Shown: positions 19,059 through 29,377 of the stretch, one piece after another
Numbering within the stretch: position 1 is the stretch's first letter
How the letters are laid out: each line of letters begins with the position of its first letter
Origin: Candidatus Thorarchaeota archaeon
GTDB taxonomy: Archaea; Asgardarchaeota; Thorarchaeia; Thorarchaeales; Thorarchaeaceae
DNA: 57,321 bases
NCBI GenBank assembly: GCA_004524445.1
Contig: SDNP01000020.1
Location: 1-57,321, forward strand
Direction: 5' to 3'
Position numbers and translations under genes: made by a program
The notes under the pieces: model-generated
The model's input: the letters and a program-made list of their open reading frames with translations, nothing else
Told to the model about the DNA's origin: nothing
The model's database searches: none

Positions 19059-20585
19059 TTGAACACCGCCGCCAAGAGCAAATTCTACGACTACTTTCTC
19101 TTGGTAATGTTCATAGCGATGTTATTCATCCTGCTGTTCTTTGTTGCCACGGGAACTGCATGGAATCTCATATTGCCAGACACAGCTTTTTTGTGGATTG
19201 CAGTTCTAGTTGCGTTTCTGGCAACGGTTGCGGGTGCAGTCTTTCTCTATTCTCTCGTTCATTATATGCAATTGCCCACTCTCAGAAGCCTCATCATAAT
19301 GTTCTTGGGTGTGAACGTAGTTATTCTGGCATTTCTATTCCTAGTAACGCATCCAAGTGCATTGGACTCAGCATATGCAGGGCGAGAACGCAATAGAACA
19401 ATAGTGAGTGCCCTTGGTTTCCTATTGACTCCAGGCGTCCTAGCAGGTTCGATTTTTGGAGGTAGAGAAGTAACTCGGCGAAATAGAAATCCTGTAATTC
19501 TCTGGGGTGCACTCCTTCAACCTCTATTTTCGGCATCTCTGCTGCTTACAGAGGATGCAATGTTTTCCGTCACTACTCCCACAGGCGGACTTGTAGGACT
19601 GACTCTCATCGGTTGGATATTGACAATCGTAGTTGGTAGTACTGCTTCTGTTTCCCTGATAAGGTACGCAATTGAATGGATTGCAACGAAGGATAGAATC
19701 ATCATGGCATCAACATTGGCGCTGGTGCTGTGGATCTACTCGTTCATTATTTACAGTGTTCTCGAGGATCCTCTTCAAGTTGCTGAGTTAATGTGGATTG
19801 GCGGCATAATTGCTGGGTTTCTAATGCTTTGTGGCGGGATGATTTTCACAGCGATAATAGAACCTCATAGGGGACTAGAGGTGCTCGTTGATACACGGAC
19901 TGCAGAACTAAACATGGCAAAGAGAGAAAGCGACCTCTATCTCACGATGTGGACTCATAAAATGGGGAATTTTCTACAGGCCATTCTTGCGTATTTGGAG
20001 ATTCTACGCGATGAATCACTCACCGAAGAGGGGTACCAACGAGCCACAGAGACTGCAATGACTCTCACCAAAGAAATCACCGTATTCAATAGACAGGTTG
20101 CTACTCTATCCGAAATCAAATCATCCAAAAAGAAGAAGCTAGTTCCTTACAGATTGAAATCTGCTTTAGAGAAGGCCCGTGCGACATCCAGACAAATGCT
20201 TCCAACTGCGAAATTCAGAATTATGATTGACGAACCAAGAGATGAGATTCTCGTGATGGCAGATGGTAAATTAGACATAGCCTTCACGAATCTATTCACG
20301 AATGAAATTCTTTCAAGAGAGGGCCAGATTGACATCTTCGTAACCCCAGTTGAATCAGACTCGAATGTTCGAATTCAAATAAAATCGAATGGTTCAAAAC
20401 CGACAGGATTAGAGCTTGAGCAACTTATGACTGACGTAGTTCCAAATGTCAATACTCTAAACCTTAACCTATTCAATATTCGATTGTTACTGAAGAGATA
20501 CAACGGAAGCATCCAGTATCGAATGGATGAAGATTCAGAAAAAAACGTATACACCATCATTTTGAAGAACGGCAAAAGCAACTAG
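19059..20585 (+). CDS. Membrane sensor histidine-kinase-like protein with degenerate ATP lid
   Basis: About 8 TM helices; H-box THKMGNFLQ; N-box FTNLFTN; G1/G2 boxes eroded. Confidence 0.75.
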   Translation: MNTAAKSKFYDYFLLVMFIAMLFILLFFVATGTAWNLILPDTAFLWIAVLVAFLATVAGAVFLYSLVHYMQLPTLRSLIIMFLGVNVVILAFLFLVTHPSALDSAYAGRERNRTIVSALGFLLTPGVLAGSIFGGREVTRRNRNPVILWGALLQPLFSASLLLTEDAMFSVTTPTGGLVGLTLIGWILTIVVGSTASVSLIRYAIEWIATKDRIIMASTLALVLWIYSFIIYSVLEDPLQVAELMWIGGIIAGFLMLCGGMIFTAIIEPHRGLEVLVDTRTAELNMAKRESDLYLTMWTHKMGNFLQAILAYLEILRDESLTEEGYQRATETAMTLTKEITVFNRQVATLSEIKSSKKKKLVPYRLKSALEKARATSRQMLPTAKFRIMIDEPRDEILVMADGKLDIAFTNLFTNEILSREGQIDIFVTPVESDSNVRIQIKSNGSKPTGLELEQLMTDVVPNVNTLNLNLFNIRLLLKRYNGSIQYRMDEDSEKNVYTIILKNGKSN

Positions 20586-20732
20586 AACATCTCTGGATTG
20601 CAAGGACCAGGCTTGTCTAAGGTTAATATCGCCAATGCTCGAGAAAGAGATTCTCCTAGAAATCCATAATTTCCTAATTGATATTGACCATTTCAATGAA
20701 CATATTTGCAAATCTTTGATTACTGTTCAGTG

Positions 20733-21929
20733 ATGGAAATGTATCGTATATCAGAAAGAGATAGGCGCACTGCAACTAGATGCGTTCAAGGAACAAAGAT
20801 ACCAATCGCAGGTCCTTCTGTGCAACCTATTGCCCAAACCTCCACCTTTGTCTTTGAGAACCAAAAAGAGATGCTTAGGGCTGTCACGGGTAAGAGCGAG
20901 AAGAATGTCTATACACGCTGGACAAATCCAACCACAGTCAACGCCCAAAACAAGATTAGCGCACTCGAAGGAACTGACTCAACTCTTCTCCTATCTTCAG
21001 GAATGGCTGCCATTTCCTCCACAGTCATGGGTCTAGCAAAGAAAGGCGACCGCATACTGTCTTCCGATTCGATCTATGGTGGGACATTGCATCTCTTTGA
21101 AGATATATTGCCTCGAAACGGGATTGAGGTGGACTTTGTAGAGCAAAACCAGTTCATTGATGCTATAGAAGACTCGAAGAGCGAACACAGACTGTGTTTC
21201 TTTGAAACACCTACGAACCCGGCACTAAGACTAATGGACATAAAAAGCGTAGCAGAGGCTTCTCGGTCAGCAGGTTTGACCAGCGTAATCGATAATACTT
21301 TCGCAACCCCCATCAACCAACATCCACATCAATTAGGGATTGATATTGTGATTCATAGCGCCACGAAGTACCTTGGCGGCCATAGCGACCTCATTGCAGG
21401 GTCTGTTTCTGGTCTAACTCAGCAAATCGGGAAAATTGACAATGCGGCCCGGCTGCTCGGAGGAACGATTGACCCATTTGCCTCTTTTCTACTTGAACGT
21501 GGAATAAAGACACTCGCAGTAAGAATGGAAAAGCATAATTCGAATGCTGCATTCTTAGCTGAGGAACTGTCAAGGGATAGTCGAATACGACGAGTGTATT
21601 ATCCTGGGCTTACTAGTCACCCTCAGCATGATATCGCAAAGAAGCAAATGGATGGGTTTGGCGGCATGCTGACCATCGAGATAGATGGAGATTTGAAAGC
21701 CACCGAGATTTTTGTTGACTCCATGGAGTTATTTCTTAATGCCGTTTCTCTTGGCGGTGTTGAGAGTCTTGCCAGTATCCCTGTGCTGACAACTCATTAC
21801 GGAATTGATGAAGGTATTCTTCGTGAGATGAATGTGTCAAATTCAACTGTGCGGCTATCGGTTGGTATAGAGGACCCAAATGACCTTCTCTATGATATTA
21901 AGAATGCACTTGATATGGCTGTTCAGTGA
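20733..21929 (+). CDS. Cystathionine gamma-synthase / methionine gamma-lyase family
   Basis: YTRWTNPT, SSGMAAI, ETPTNP, DNTFATP, HSATKYLGGHSD, RLSVGIED. Confidence 0.93.
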   Translation: MEMYRISERDRRTATRCVQGTKIPIAGPSVQPIAQTSTFVFENQKEMLRAVTGKSEKNVYTRWTNPTTVNAQNKISALEGTDSTLLLSSGMAAISSTVMGLAKKGDRILSSDSIYGGTLHLFEDILPRNGIEVDFVEQNQFIDAIEDSKSEHRLCFFETPTNPALRLMDIKSVAEASRSAGLTSVIDNTFATPINQHPHQLGIDIVIHSATKYLGGHSDLIAGSVSGLTQQIGKIDNAARLLGGTIDPFASFLLERGIKTLAVRMEKHNSNAAFLAEELSRDSRIRRVYYPGLTSHPQHDIAKKQMDGFGGMLTIEIDGDLKATEIFVDSMELFLNAVSLGGVESLASIPVLTTHYGIDEGILREMNVSNSTVRLSVGIEDPNDLLYDIKNALDMAVQ

Positions 21930-21971
21930 TTTGACCAAAAGAATGTGCTGGCGGAACTCTTATTGAACCCT

Positions 21972-22361
21972 CTACTTGCCGAGAAGAATGCCAATCTCTT
22001 TGGCATACTTCCTCATTTGGGTAACTGCCAATCCCATTGAAGTCAGGTCTCTAGCTGAGCCCATAATGAGAAAATCACCGGCATGAGATAGTACTACGAA
22101 CCCATCCGCGCCTCTGACGATTACTTCATACAGTTCTTCAAGTTCCAGTTTGTCTGCTGCCATCTCTCCCTGAACCAGTAAAGCAGCGCTTACTGCGGCC
22201 ATGAGGTCCGGATCTACATCAGAATCTTCTGTTGCAAAATAGGCAAGTTTTACACCTTGCTTACTTACAACAGCAATTGCATCCAAATCAGCGTAGTTCG
22301 TTAGACCCATCAGGAGCTCAACAAGCTCCTTTTCTTTTGCTTCATCGAGGTGAGATGACAT
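21972..22361 (-). CDS. Roadblock/LC7 protein
   Basis: AVVSKQG, MAAVSAALLVQGEMAADKL, VIVRGADG, SMGLA. Confidence 0.9.
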   Translation of the reverse strand: MSSHLDEAKEKELVELLMGLTNYADLDAIAVVSKQGVKLAYFATEDSDVDPDLMAAVSAALLVQGEMAADKLELEELYEVIVRGADGFVVLSHAGDFLIMGSARDLTSMGLAVTQMRKYAKEIGILLGK

Positions 22362-22459
22362 GTTTATTCCTCAAACTAATTCCCGTATCAATCGGGCTGT
22401 TAAATACATTTGTGGAGTGAATCCCATTTGGCACTAAATATCTTAGGCAACAAATTCTG

Positions 22460-23374
22460 CTATTTGGCCACTAGCTTACGTTTCTTCTCCTTCTTCTTGT
22501 CGGGTGCTCCCTCCGGCACTCCCTCGTCAACTTCTGACTTGAAGAATGTGATAAGATCTGTGAGTCGTTCTTTCATCTCAGATTTTATTGGGCTGAGTAT
22601 TGCATCCGGAGTACCCTTGAGCAATTCAATCCCCAGTATCTGTCCATCTCGAACTATTACTCGAGGAATAAATCCCTCCGCCATAAAAGTACCCTCTGGC
22701 GGGTCTTTCACTTTCTCGAATTTGCGCTCAACCTTTTCTTGTCCAAATACAGAGATTTTGTGCTCCGCAACAGAAAACAATTCATTGTAAACGATGAGCA
22801 ACTCTCTCTGGTAACCATCTGGAGGCTCTTCATCTTGGAGCTGTGCAATCATATTTTGAATTTTATCGGACGGAGCCTCAGATTTCGTCACTGTCCTTGC
22901 AGGCTTCGCTTCAGGCTTGGCTGAAGTTTGAGCAGGTTTGGGTGTAGTCGGCGGTGGAGCTGGTGCTTTAGACGTACCAGGTTCCGGTGTTTCAGTCTTC
23001 TTGGGTGGCGTTGGCGGTGGTGCAGGTTTACTAGTAGTGTTCGGTGTTGGCGTAGGTGGTGCTTCTTCTTGACCGGGGGTGATTACTTTTGTAGCAGCCG
23101 TGGTTCCATCCAACGCCGTAAAGAATGTTGGTGGTTCCTCTCCCTCATCAAGAGGTCGAACCTTGAAGTGGAAACCATATTCCGATCTCAAGTTGGTCGC
23201 AACTCTTGCTCCAATGAATTTCTTGCGAATACCTGCCTGTCTCCCCTTCCAAAGGTAAATGCTCTTTGTTTCATCATCGACGACACAAACCACCTTTGCA
23301 GAAGATAAATCCTCATCGCTGATTTGTACTTCGTTTAGAGTTCCATCCTCGGAAACTTCGTAGCCTGTTACCAT
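22460..23374 (-). CDS. Gelsolin-domain protein with Pro-rich linker and C-terminal domain X (1DGelX-like)
   Basis: DLSS...VVDDETKSIYLWKG...DEGEEPPTFF gelsolin signature; PPDGYQRELLIV domain. Confidence 0.85.
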   Translation of the reverse strand: MVTGYEVSEDGTLNEVQISDEDLSSAKVVCVVDDETKSIYLWKGRQAGIRKKFIGARVATNLRSEYGFHFKVRPLDEGEEPPTFFTALDGTTAATKVITPGQEEAPPTPTPNTTSKPAPPPTPPKKTETPEPGTSKAPAPPPTTPKPAQTSAKPEAKPARTVTKSEAPSDKIQNMIAQLQDEEPPDGYQRELLIVYNELFSVAEHKISVFGQEKVERKFEKVKDPPEGTFMAEGFIPRVIVRDGQILGIELLKGTPDAILSPIKSEMKERLTDLITFFKSEVDEGVPEGAPDKKKEKKRKLVAK

Positions 23375-23610
23375 TGCAAATCACTACACTCATCGCTATG
23401 ACTTCTCTCTACATTAGCGTATTTCAATGTAGCAAGCCATTACTTATTTCGTTCCATTAGTTGTCATTTTCTAGAGTCAACTTGAAACAGTTTTTACCTT
23501 CAGATGGAGCTATATCACTGTTATTGTGTCGTATGGTTCGTCTTGTATTCCTGCTTCTACCTGTTTTGAGATGGAGCGATTATGAATTGACAAAAGCCAT
23601 GCCGTGTAAG

Positions 23611-24669
23611 TCACGTGAGAATCTTCAACCGTTTTTGATCAATCGAAAATCCAACATCTGATTTTTCGAAATCCTGCAACTCAGCTGCATAATTCTGATC
23701 TGCTATGAAAGATACGATTTTTTGGTTTCCAACTGAAAGAATGACTTTGAAGCCCCCAAGGTGGGGGGTCACAGATTCCAGCTGTCCACTCAGAGTATCC
23801 GTTTGATTTTTCATGTCCAGTTTTATTGCTTCTGGTTTGAAGGCCAAAGCAACTTTTTCACCGATACCAAAATCTCCCGTCGTTTCAATTATGCCTCCCT
23901 TGACCTGTATTTTCAGGTTGTGATCATCCCTATCAATGACCTCCCCGTTGAGAATATTGCCGTGCCCTATGAATTGAGCAACAAAGGCATCCTTTGGATT
24001 GAAATAGAGTTCGTCTGGCGTTCCTACCTGCTTAATGACACCGTTTTGCAGGACCGCAATTTTGTCCGCGACAGCAAAAGCCTCTACTTGATCATGAGTT
24101 ACATAAATCGTTGTGATTCCAAATTGCCTCTGGATTTTCTTTATTTCGTCTTGAAGTCTTTCTCTTAGCTTAGGATCTAAGGCAGATAGCGGCTCATCCA
24201 ATAGTAGAAGTCTAGGTCTTCTCGCTAGTGCTCTTGCCAATGCGACTCGCTGTCCCTCCCCACCACTAATTTCATCAATACGTCTATGAAGCAAGTTCTT
24301 GATTCCAAGGATGTCCGCCAATTCCTCCACTCGTTTGATCGTTTCTTCTCTTGCCCAGTTGTTTACCTCAAGACCAAATGCGATATTCTGAAATACTGTC
24401 ATATTTGGAAAAAGTGCAACTGACTGAACCACCATTCCTATGTTTCTTTCACTGGGCGGAACGCTGATAACATCAAAGCCATCGAAACATACCTTTCCAG
24501 TATCGGATTCAATAAACCCTGCAATCATGCGGAGAGTTGTGGTTTTCCCGGAACCACTCGGGCCCAGGAGGACCATCAGTTCTCCGTCCTCAACCGCGAG
24601 ATCTATCGGCCCGACACTTGTCCCATCTGGGAATTCTCGAAGCATTCCATCGATTTCTATCTTTACCAT
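23611..24669 (-). CDS. thiQ: ABC transporter ATP-binding subunit (thiamine, ThiQ-like)
   Basis: GPSGSGKT, ISGGEGQR, LLLDEP, VTHD; TOBE tail; in operon with thiBP. Confidence 0.85.
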   Translation of the reverse strand: MVKIEIDGMLREFPDGTSVGPIDLAVEDGELMVLLGPSGSGKTTTLRMIAGFIESDTGKVCFDGFDVISVPPSERNIGMVVQSVALFPNMTVFQNIAFGLEVNNWAREETIKRVEELADILGIKNLLHRRIDEISGGEGQRVALARALARRPRLLLLDEPLSALDPKLRERLQDEIKKIQRQFGITTIYVTHDQVEAFAVADKIAVLQNGVIKQVGTPDELYFNPKDAFVAQFIGHGNILNGEVIDRDDHNLKIQVKGGIIETTGDFGIGEKVALAFKPEAIKLDMKNQTDTLSGQLESVTPHLGGFKVILSVGNQKIVSFIADQNYAAELQDFEKSDVGFSIDQKRLKILT

Positions 24670-26333
24670 TAAAGGGCGCCTCCATAACCTGATTCGGAGA
24701 GATACTCTATTACCAAAAATGCAACAAGGCATATCAGGACAAGAATTAGAGCTGAGGCTCCAGCTTGGACAAAATTCCTCACTGCAAGATTCCGATATAT
24801 TGCAACGGATAATGTGCTATTCTCTGGTTGAGCGAGAAACAGAGTTGCAGACATTTCTCCTATAGCCATGGCGAATGAGAATACTGCTGCTACAAGAATT
24901 CCGGGAGCAAGCAATGGGAGTTCAACGAAGAATAGCTTCTGCATGCGAGAAGCACCAAGAATATCAGCCTGATCCAACACGTCTTCATTGACTTTTTCCC
25001 ATGCAATCTGGATTGACCTTGCACTGAATGGAACACCAATAATGGTCTGTGCGATTATGATTAGAGGCCATGGATTTGTAGTCAATCCGAGTGGTACGGC
25101 GACCGCAAGCATCAGTCCATATGCCATTGTGATTGATGATATTCCCAGCGGTAGTAATGTAAAAACTGACGTAATCCCGGGCAGCATGAACCTCTTCGAT
25201 TTGTGTACATATGCCAAGGGAATCCCGAGAAGAAGGGATAATAGAGTCGCCAGTCCGCCATAAAAGAGGGAATTAAAAAGAGGAACCAGGCCGCCATCTA
25301 GGCCTCCTTGCATCAGATATGCTAATCCGTCAAGAGTAAATTGGTCTCTAAATGGGTCATGAACTGCCGAGAGAAAAATGGCCAGCATTGGCCCCATCAA
25401 CAGAAATAGAGCAAAGGAAATGTACGAAATAGTAACCAGCTTCCACTTTGTACCAATTTCCGCTAATTCACGTACCCTGCTTTTCACATCGGCATAGCCA
25501 GATGTGCTAGTTTCAGTTCTTACGTATGAATATGCAAGGACTAGGGTGATCAGGATCTGAATGAACGCAAGAATGCTTGCCTTGTCATATTCAAAAAATC
25601 TGAATGCATTCCAGATTTGAACTTCTAATGTCATTAACCTTCCCTGACCAAATGCGAGCACGATGGGAAATGACATGAAGCAGAAAAGAAAAGTGAGAAT
25701 TGAAGCTGCAAATAAGGAAGAGCGAATATGAGGAAATATTATCCTTCGAAGAATTCCTGTGCGAGATGCTCCCAATGATTCAGCGATTTCTTCCATCTCT
25801 TCAGGGAGCGTCTTTAATGAAGATGAAACCATCATGATGAAGAGAGGGGCGTTATAGAATGCGTGCGCAAGAATTATTCCCGGGGCTCCAGTGGCAAGAT
25901 TGAGTACTGAGTCTGAGGACTGCAATAATACTTTCAGTATCGAGTCCAGAATTCCTCCAGAGCCAAAAACCTGCATAAATCCAACCACTACAACAATGGG
26001 AGGCAAAACAAAAGGCACTACGAATAGAGCTCGAACAATGTTGCGACCCGGAAACTCCATACGTGCAAATACAAATGCACCCGGAATTCCCAGAAGAAAA
26101 GAAGCTGCTGTGCTGATAATCGCCTGTCCAATGGTGAATGTGAATACTCGATTTGTTGTAGGTGAACCAATCGTAGTTATGAGTGAGTCTACCCCTCCGC
26201 CCAATATTCCCTCAACAACCACGGTGAACACGGGGAAAACGAGAAAAGCAAATAGTATGGAAAATGGCGTGCCTAGTACTAGATACTTCACCAGCCTATT
26301 CTTCTTCTTCACTACTTCTTCCTCATCAGCCAA
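24669..26333 (-). CDS. thiP: ABC transporter permease (ThiP/FbpB type)
   Basis: Duplicated EAA loops (IAESLGAS, QADILGAS), about 12 TM helices. Confidence 0.85.
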   Translation of the reverse strand: MADEEEVVKKKNRLVKYLVLGTPFSILFAFLVFPVFTVVVEGILGGGVDSLITTIGSPTTNRVFTFTIGQAIISTAASFLLGIPGAFVFARMEFPGRNIVRALFVVPFVLPPIVVVVGFMQVFGSGGILDSILKVLLQSSDSVLNLATGAPGIILAHAFYNAPLFIMMVSSSLKTLPEEMEEIAESLGASRTGILRRIIFPHIRSSLFAASILTFLFCFMSFPIVLAFGQGRLMTLEVQIWNAFRFFEYDKASILAFIQILITLVLAYSYVRTETSTSGYADVKSRVRELAEIGTKWKLVTISYISFALFLLMGPMLAIFLSAVHDPFRDQFTLDGLAYLMQGGLDGGLVPLFNSLFYGGLATLLSLLLGIPLAYVHKSKRFMLPGITSVFTLLPLGISSITMAYGLMLAVAVPLGLTTNPWPLIIIAQTIIGVPFSARSIQIAWEKVNEDVLDQADILGASRMQKLFFVELPLLAPGILVAAVFSFAMAIGEMSATLFLAQPENSTLSVAIYRNLAVRNFVQAGASALILVLICLVAFLVIEYLSESGYGGAL

Positions 26334-27432
26334 TCATGATAGTTTCATATTGGCTTAGCCAATCGTTAAGATTCTCCTCTATAATTGTACTGTTAAGCAA
26401 TGAATTCAGTACTTCAACATCATCTGGATGGAGAGCATGCTGAAAAACTGGATTCATTTCTACATCAGTATTTACAGGAAACATCCATTGGTTCAAACCG
26501 ATATATGATTGCACTTTCTCTGATAGGCAATACTCGATGAATGCTCTACCAAGTTCTGGATTCGGTCCATTCTTGACGAGGCCAATTCCTTCAATCTGCA
26601 TCCATGCATAGTCATTGCCGTTGTAATGGTACGGTGCAACCCTTGTCAGAGGCTCTTCGCCGCTGTAGTATGCATCATATGCTGGATCGGTCCCATAACT
26701 CACAAGCAGTTTTCTTGCATCTGTTTCATACCAAGTGTTCCAGGCCTCGGTCCACCCCTCCTCAACATCGATGTCTTCTCTGACTTCTGTCCACCAACTC
26801 GTCCAGTCTTCTTCGAGAATTTCACTATAGACGGCTATTTGGCTCAGTAAAAAGGAGAGCCCAGGGCTGCTAAATCGGGGATCCTCCGTGACCAGCATTG
26901 AAGCCATATCGGATAGGTCTGAGAATGTCAGCTCATCCAAGGCGGGATGGCTAGTGCTGTTGATATCATTGCTATTGTAGATGACGGTGACCAACCCCAT
27001 GTCAAATGGAACTACATAATGCTCCTCGTCCAAGTTGGCAACTACCTCACTGTCGACTACATCTATGTTTGATGGCGTATACGGCTCAAGCACACCTTTC
27101 GCTTCGCTTTGAAGAATCAGGATATTATCTATGCCAATCACAACATCTGCGACCGGATTGGCTTCTTCCGCTTTCAAACGAGCCACAATCCCATTTGCGT
27201 CGGTTTCTAGACGGCGTATCTCAAGATTGACACCATATCGCCTCTCAAAATCTGAGAAGATTTGAGTATCATTAGCCTCGCCCCACGCCATGAAGGAGTC
27301 ATATGTATACACTGTAAAATTTGGTTTAGGCCATGTTACATATGCATACGCCGCCACCACTACTATTGCAACAACTGAAATGGCTACTAGAATTTTGGCT
27401 GGATTTCTCCTTGTAGGATACTCATTACTCAT
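26326..27432 (-). CDS. thiB: Thiamine ABC transporter substrate-binding protein
   Basis: VYTYDSF, ADVVIGIDN, EDPRFSSPG, SYGTDPAY, QIEG, NQWMFP. Confidence 0.9.
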   Translation of the reverse strand: MSNEYPTRRNPAKILVAISVVAIVVVAAYAYVTWPKPNFTVYTYDSFMAWGEANDTQIFSDFERRYGVNLEIRRLETDANGIVARLKAEEANPVADVVIGIDNILILQSEAKGVLEPYTPSNIDVVDSEVVANLDEEHYVVPFDMGLVTVIYNSNDINSTSHPALDELTFSDLSDMASMLVTEDPRFSSPGLSFLLSQIAVYSEILEEDWTSWWTEVREDIDVEEGWTEAWNTWYETDARKLLVSYGTDPAYDAYYSGEEPLTRVAPYHYNGNDYAWMQIEGIGLVKNGPNPELGRAFIEYCLSEKVQSYIGLNQWMFPVNTDVEMNPVFQHALHPDDVEVLNSLLNSTIIEENLNDWLSQYETIMIG

Positions 27433-27457
27433 CTTACATCACACAATATGAGTGTGT

Positions 27458-27476
27458 TATACAACTAAGTTATATA
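27458..27476. promoter_or_regulatory. Putative ThiR operator
   Basis: TATACAAC-TAA-GTTATATA palindrome (one mismatch) between the divergent thiB and thiR genes. Confidence 0.7.
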
Positions 27477-27512
27477 GCTTCAGCATAAATATGTTGTCGT
27501 GGAGATAATACA

Positions 27513-28430
27513 ATGCGTCCGCCATGTGAACTGGTCCAGCGGGAATTTCTTCCAATCTTGAGATGGCAGGTTGCAAACCTGCTCAATGAATCAGGATATT
27601 CACAAGTAGAAATTGCTGACTCCATGGATCTTACTCAAGCAGCAGTGAGCAAGTATCTTAGACAGTCGCCTCCTAAAACCAATCTGATTGAATCAATAGA
27701 GCATCTTGCAGTCCGTCTTGTGGATCTATCAGCCCGTTCGGAATTTGAGAGCGAAGCAGTGAAGGAAATCTGTTCTGAATGCATGAGGCTTCGAATAGGA
27801 TCTACAATCTGCGACAATCATCGAGAATCCGTTGAATATCTAGCTAGGCAGAAATGCAATATATGTGCAAGTTTACTTGGGGGAAGCGACAGCACACTAA
27901 GCGGTAGATCAGAAGTGTTGACAAATCTGGAGGAAGCACTAGAACTCATTGAAAATTCCAGGAATTTCGCCGCTTTGGTTCCTCAGGTCCGCACAAATAT
28001 AGTTGTGTGCGGAAACGAACCTGCTTCCACAGACGACGTGGCGGGAATTCCCGGCAGGATAACCATTGTGGATGGTCGAGCTCATATCACTTCATCTCCA
28101 AGATTTGGCTCATCGAGGCATACCGCTAGTATTCTTCTTGGAGCTAGAGAACATATTCCATCGATTACTGTTTCAGTATGTATCAAGGGTGATGATAGGA
28201 TAGTTGCGCTTCTGCGTGAAGCAGGGGTACCCATCTTCCAAATGGAAGAAGGCACGACTGACCCAAATCAGATTATTACTGCACTAGATGGTGTAGATGA
28301 AAGTTTGAAGCGTTTCGGAATATACGTTATTGGCGATGTTGGAGTGGAGCCAGTTGTGTATTTGTTTGGCAAGAATCCAACCAATCTCATACAGATGGCA
28401 GAGAGAATTGGGGCTGAATTGAGAAACTGA
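27513..28430 (+). CDS. thiR: Thiamine regulator ThiR (HTH + ThiN-like domain)
   Basis: MRPPCE...SQVEIA...TQAAVSKYL HTH; PQVRTN, VAGIPGRI, PRFGSSRH, GVEP. Confidence 0.88.
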   Translation: MRPPCELVQREFLPILRWQVANLLNESGYSQVEIADSMDLTQAAVSKYLRQSPPKTNLIESIEHLAVRLVDLSARSEFESEAVKEICSECMRLRIGSTICDNHRESVEYLARQKCNICASLLGGSDSTLSGRSEVLTNLEEALELIENSRNFAALVPQVRTNIVVCGNEPASTDDVAGIPGRITIVDGRAHITSSPRFGSSRHTASILLGAREHIPSITVSVCIKGDDRIVALLREAGVPIFQMEEGTTDPNQIITALDGVDESLKRFGIYVIGDVGVEPVVYLFGKNPTNLIQMAERIGAELRN

Positions 28431-28505
28431 TGATACCCTGTGATACATCCTTTTATTTTGCATATCAGACTTCTATCGACAGAATACAAGCCGAGTGTAA
28501 CAACC

Positions 28506-29369
28506 ATGGTGGTAATTCGAACTGGCAAGATGAAGGACTGTCGTGATCTATTGACAGTATATCAGACTACACGATGGTATCATGGAGTTAGACCTAATGG
28601 TTACAAAACAGTCGAGCAAGTCAAGGATGAACACAGAGATGTTGGCTTCAAACGGTGGGGATGGCTTGTAGCAGAGCTTGACGGAAAAGTTGTGGGCGAG
28701 ATTGTATTTCGCATCGAGAAGAATCCAAGCTCAGGCAAGCTTGGTATTATCAGAAATCTGGACATTGATGTCAGATTTCAGAAGAAGGAAATAGGCACTC
28801 AACTCACTCGTGCTGCCGAAGATACTCTGAGAAACCGGGGTGCAGTTCGTGTAGTCTTGACAACTCCGCCGGAGGCCTATAATTATTGGATGAAGATTGG
28901 GTATTTTGCCCGTGGTTCATTGCTGCGGATTTCTGTCGATTTGAATGATGTACCTATTGACAGAAGTAGAAATTTGGAGAGGTCTCGCTTGGACAATGAA
29001 CCACCGATTTCCAAGAAATTCTTATTTTCAAACATTGCGTATCCTGGGTTACTTGTTGACTGCATTAGAGAAATCATTATGGAAGGGAAACCAGGAAGAA
29101 TAGTCAAATTCAACCTTGATTCCAAGTATGCGGGGATGGGAGTCATATACAAGAAGAATGTAGAGGTTGCTGAATTTGTTGTGGATGCTACAAAATTTGG
29201 CATTTCAGAGCTGGAGTCCATGACCCGAAAGACTCTGGGACTTGCTCGGAATTGGACAGTAGAGGCAGTTTCTGGGATAGTTCCAAAGGGGAGTTTTTCC
29301 TTATATCAGAAATCTGCTCCCTGGTCTTCGGAACTAGCCCGTGAGATTCCTGTGACCCGGATACTCTAG
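28506..29369 (+). CDS. GNAT family acetyltransferase (two-domain)
   Basis: LVAELDGKVVG, RFQKKEIG, YWMKIGY. Confidence 0.8.
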   Translation: MVVIRTGKMKDCRDLLTVYQTTRWYHGVRPNGYKTVEQVKDEHRDVGFKRWGWLVAELDGKVVGEIVFRIEKNPSSGKLGIIRNLDIDVRFQKKEIGTQLTRAAEDTLRNRGAVRVVLTTPPEAYNYWMKIGYFARGSLLRISVDLNDVPIDRSRNLERSRLDNEPPISKKFLFSNIAYPGLLVDCIREIIMEGKPGRIVKFNLDSKYAGMGVIYKKNVEVAEFVVDATKFGISELESMTRKTLGLARNWTVEAVSGIVPKGSFSLYQKSAPWSSELAREIPVTRIL

Positions 29370-29377
29370 CTTTTTGC

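Noticed and set aside
22928-23308. Trp/Arg/Cys-rich ORF on the + strand
   Set aside because: Antisense shadow of the Pro-rich gelsolin linker
23409-23432. Inverted repeat CTACATT-N10-AATGTAG upstream of the gelsolin gene
   Set aside because: Single AT-rich 7-bp arms could be chance; I saw no second copy
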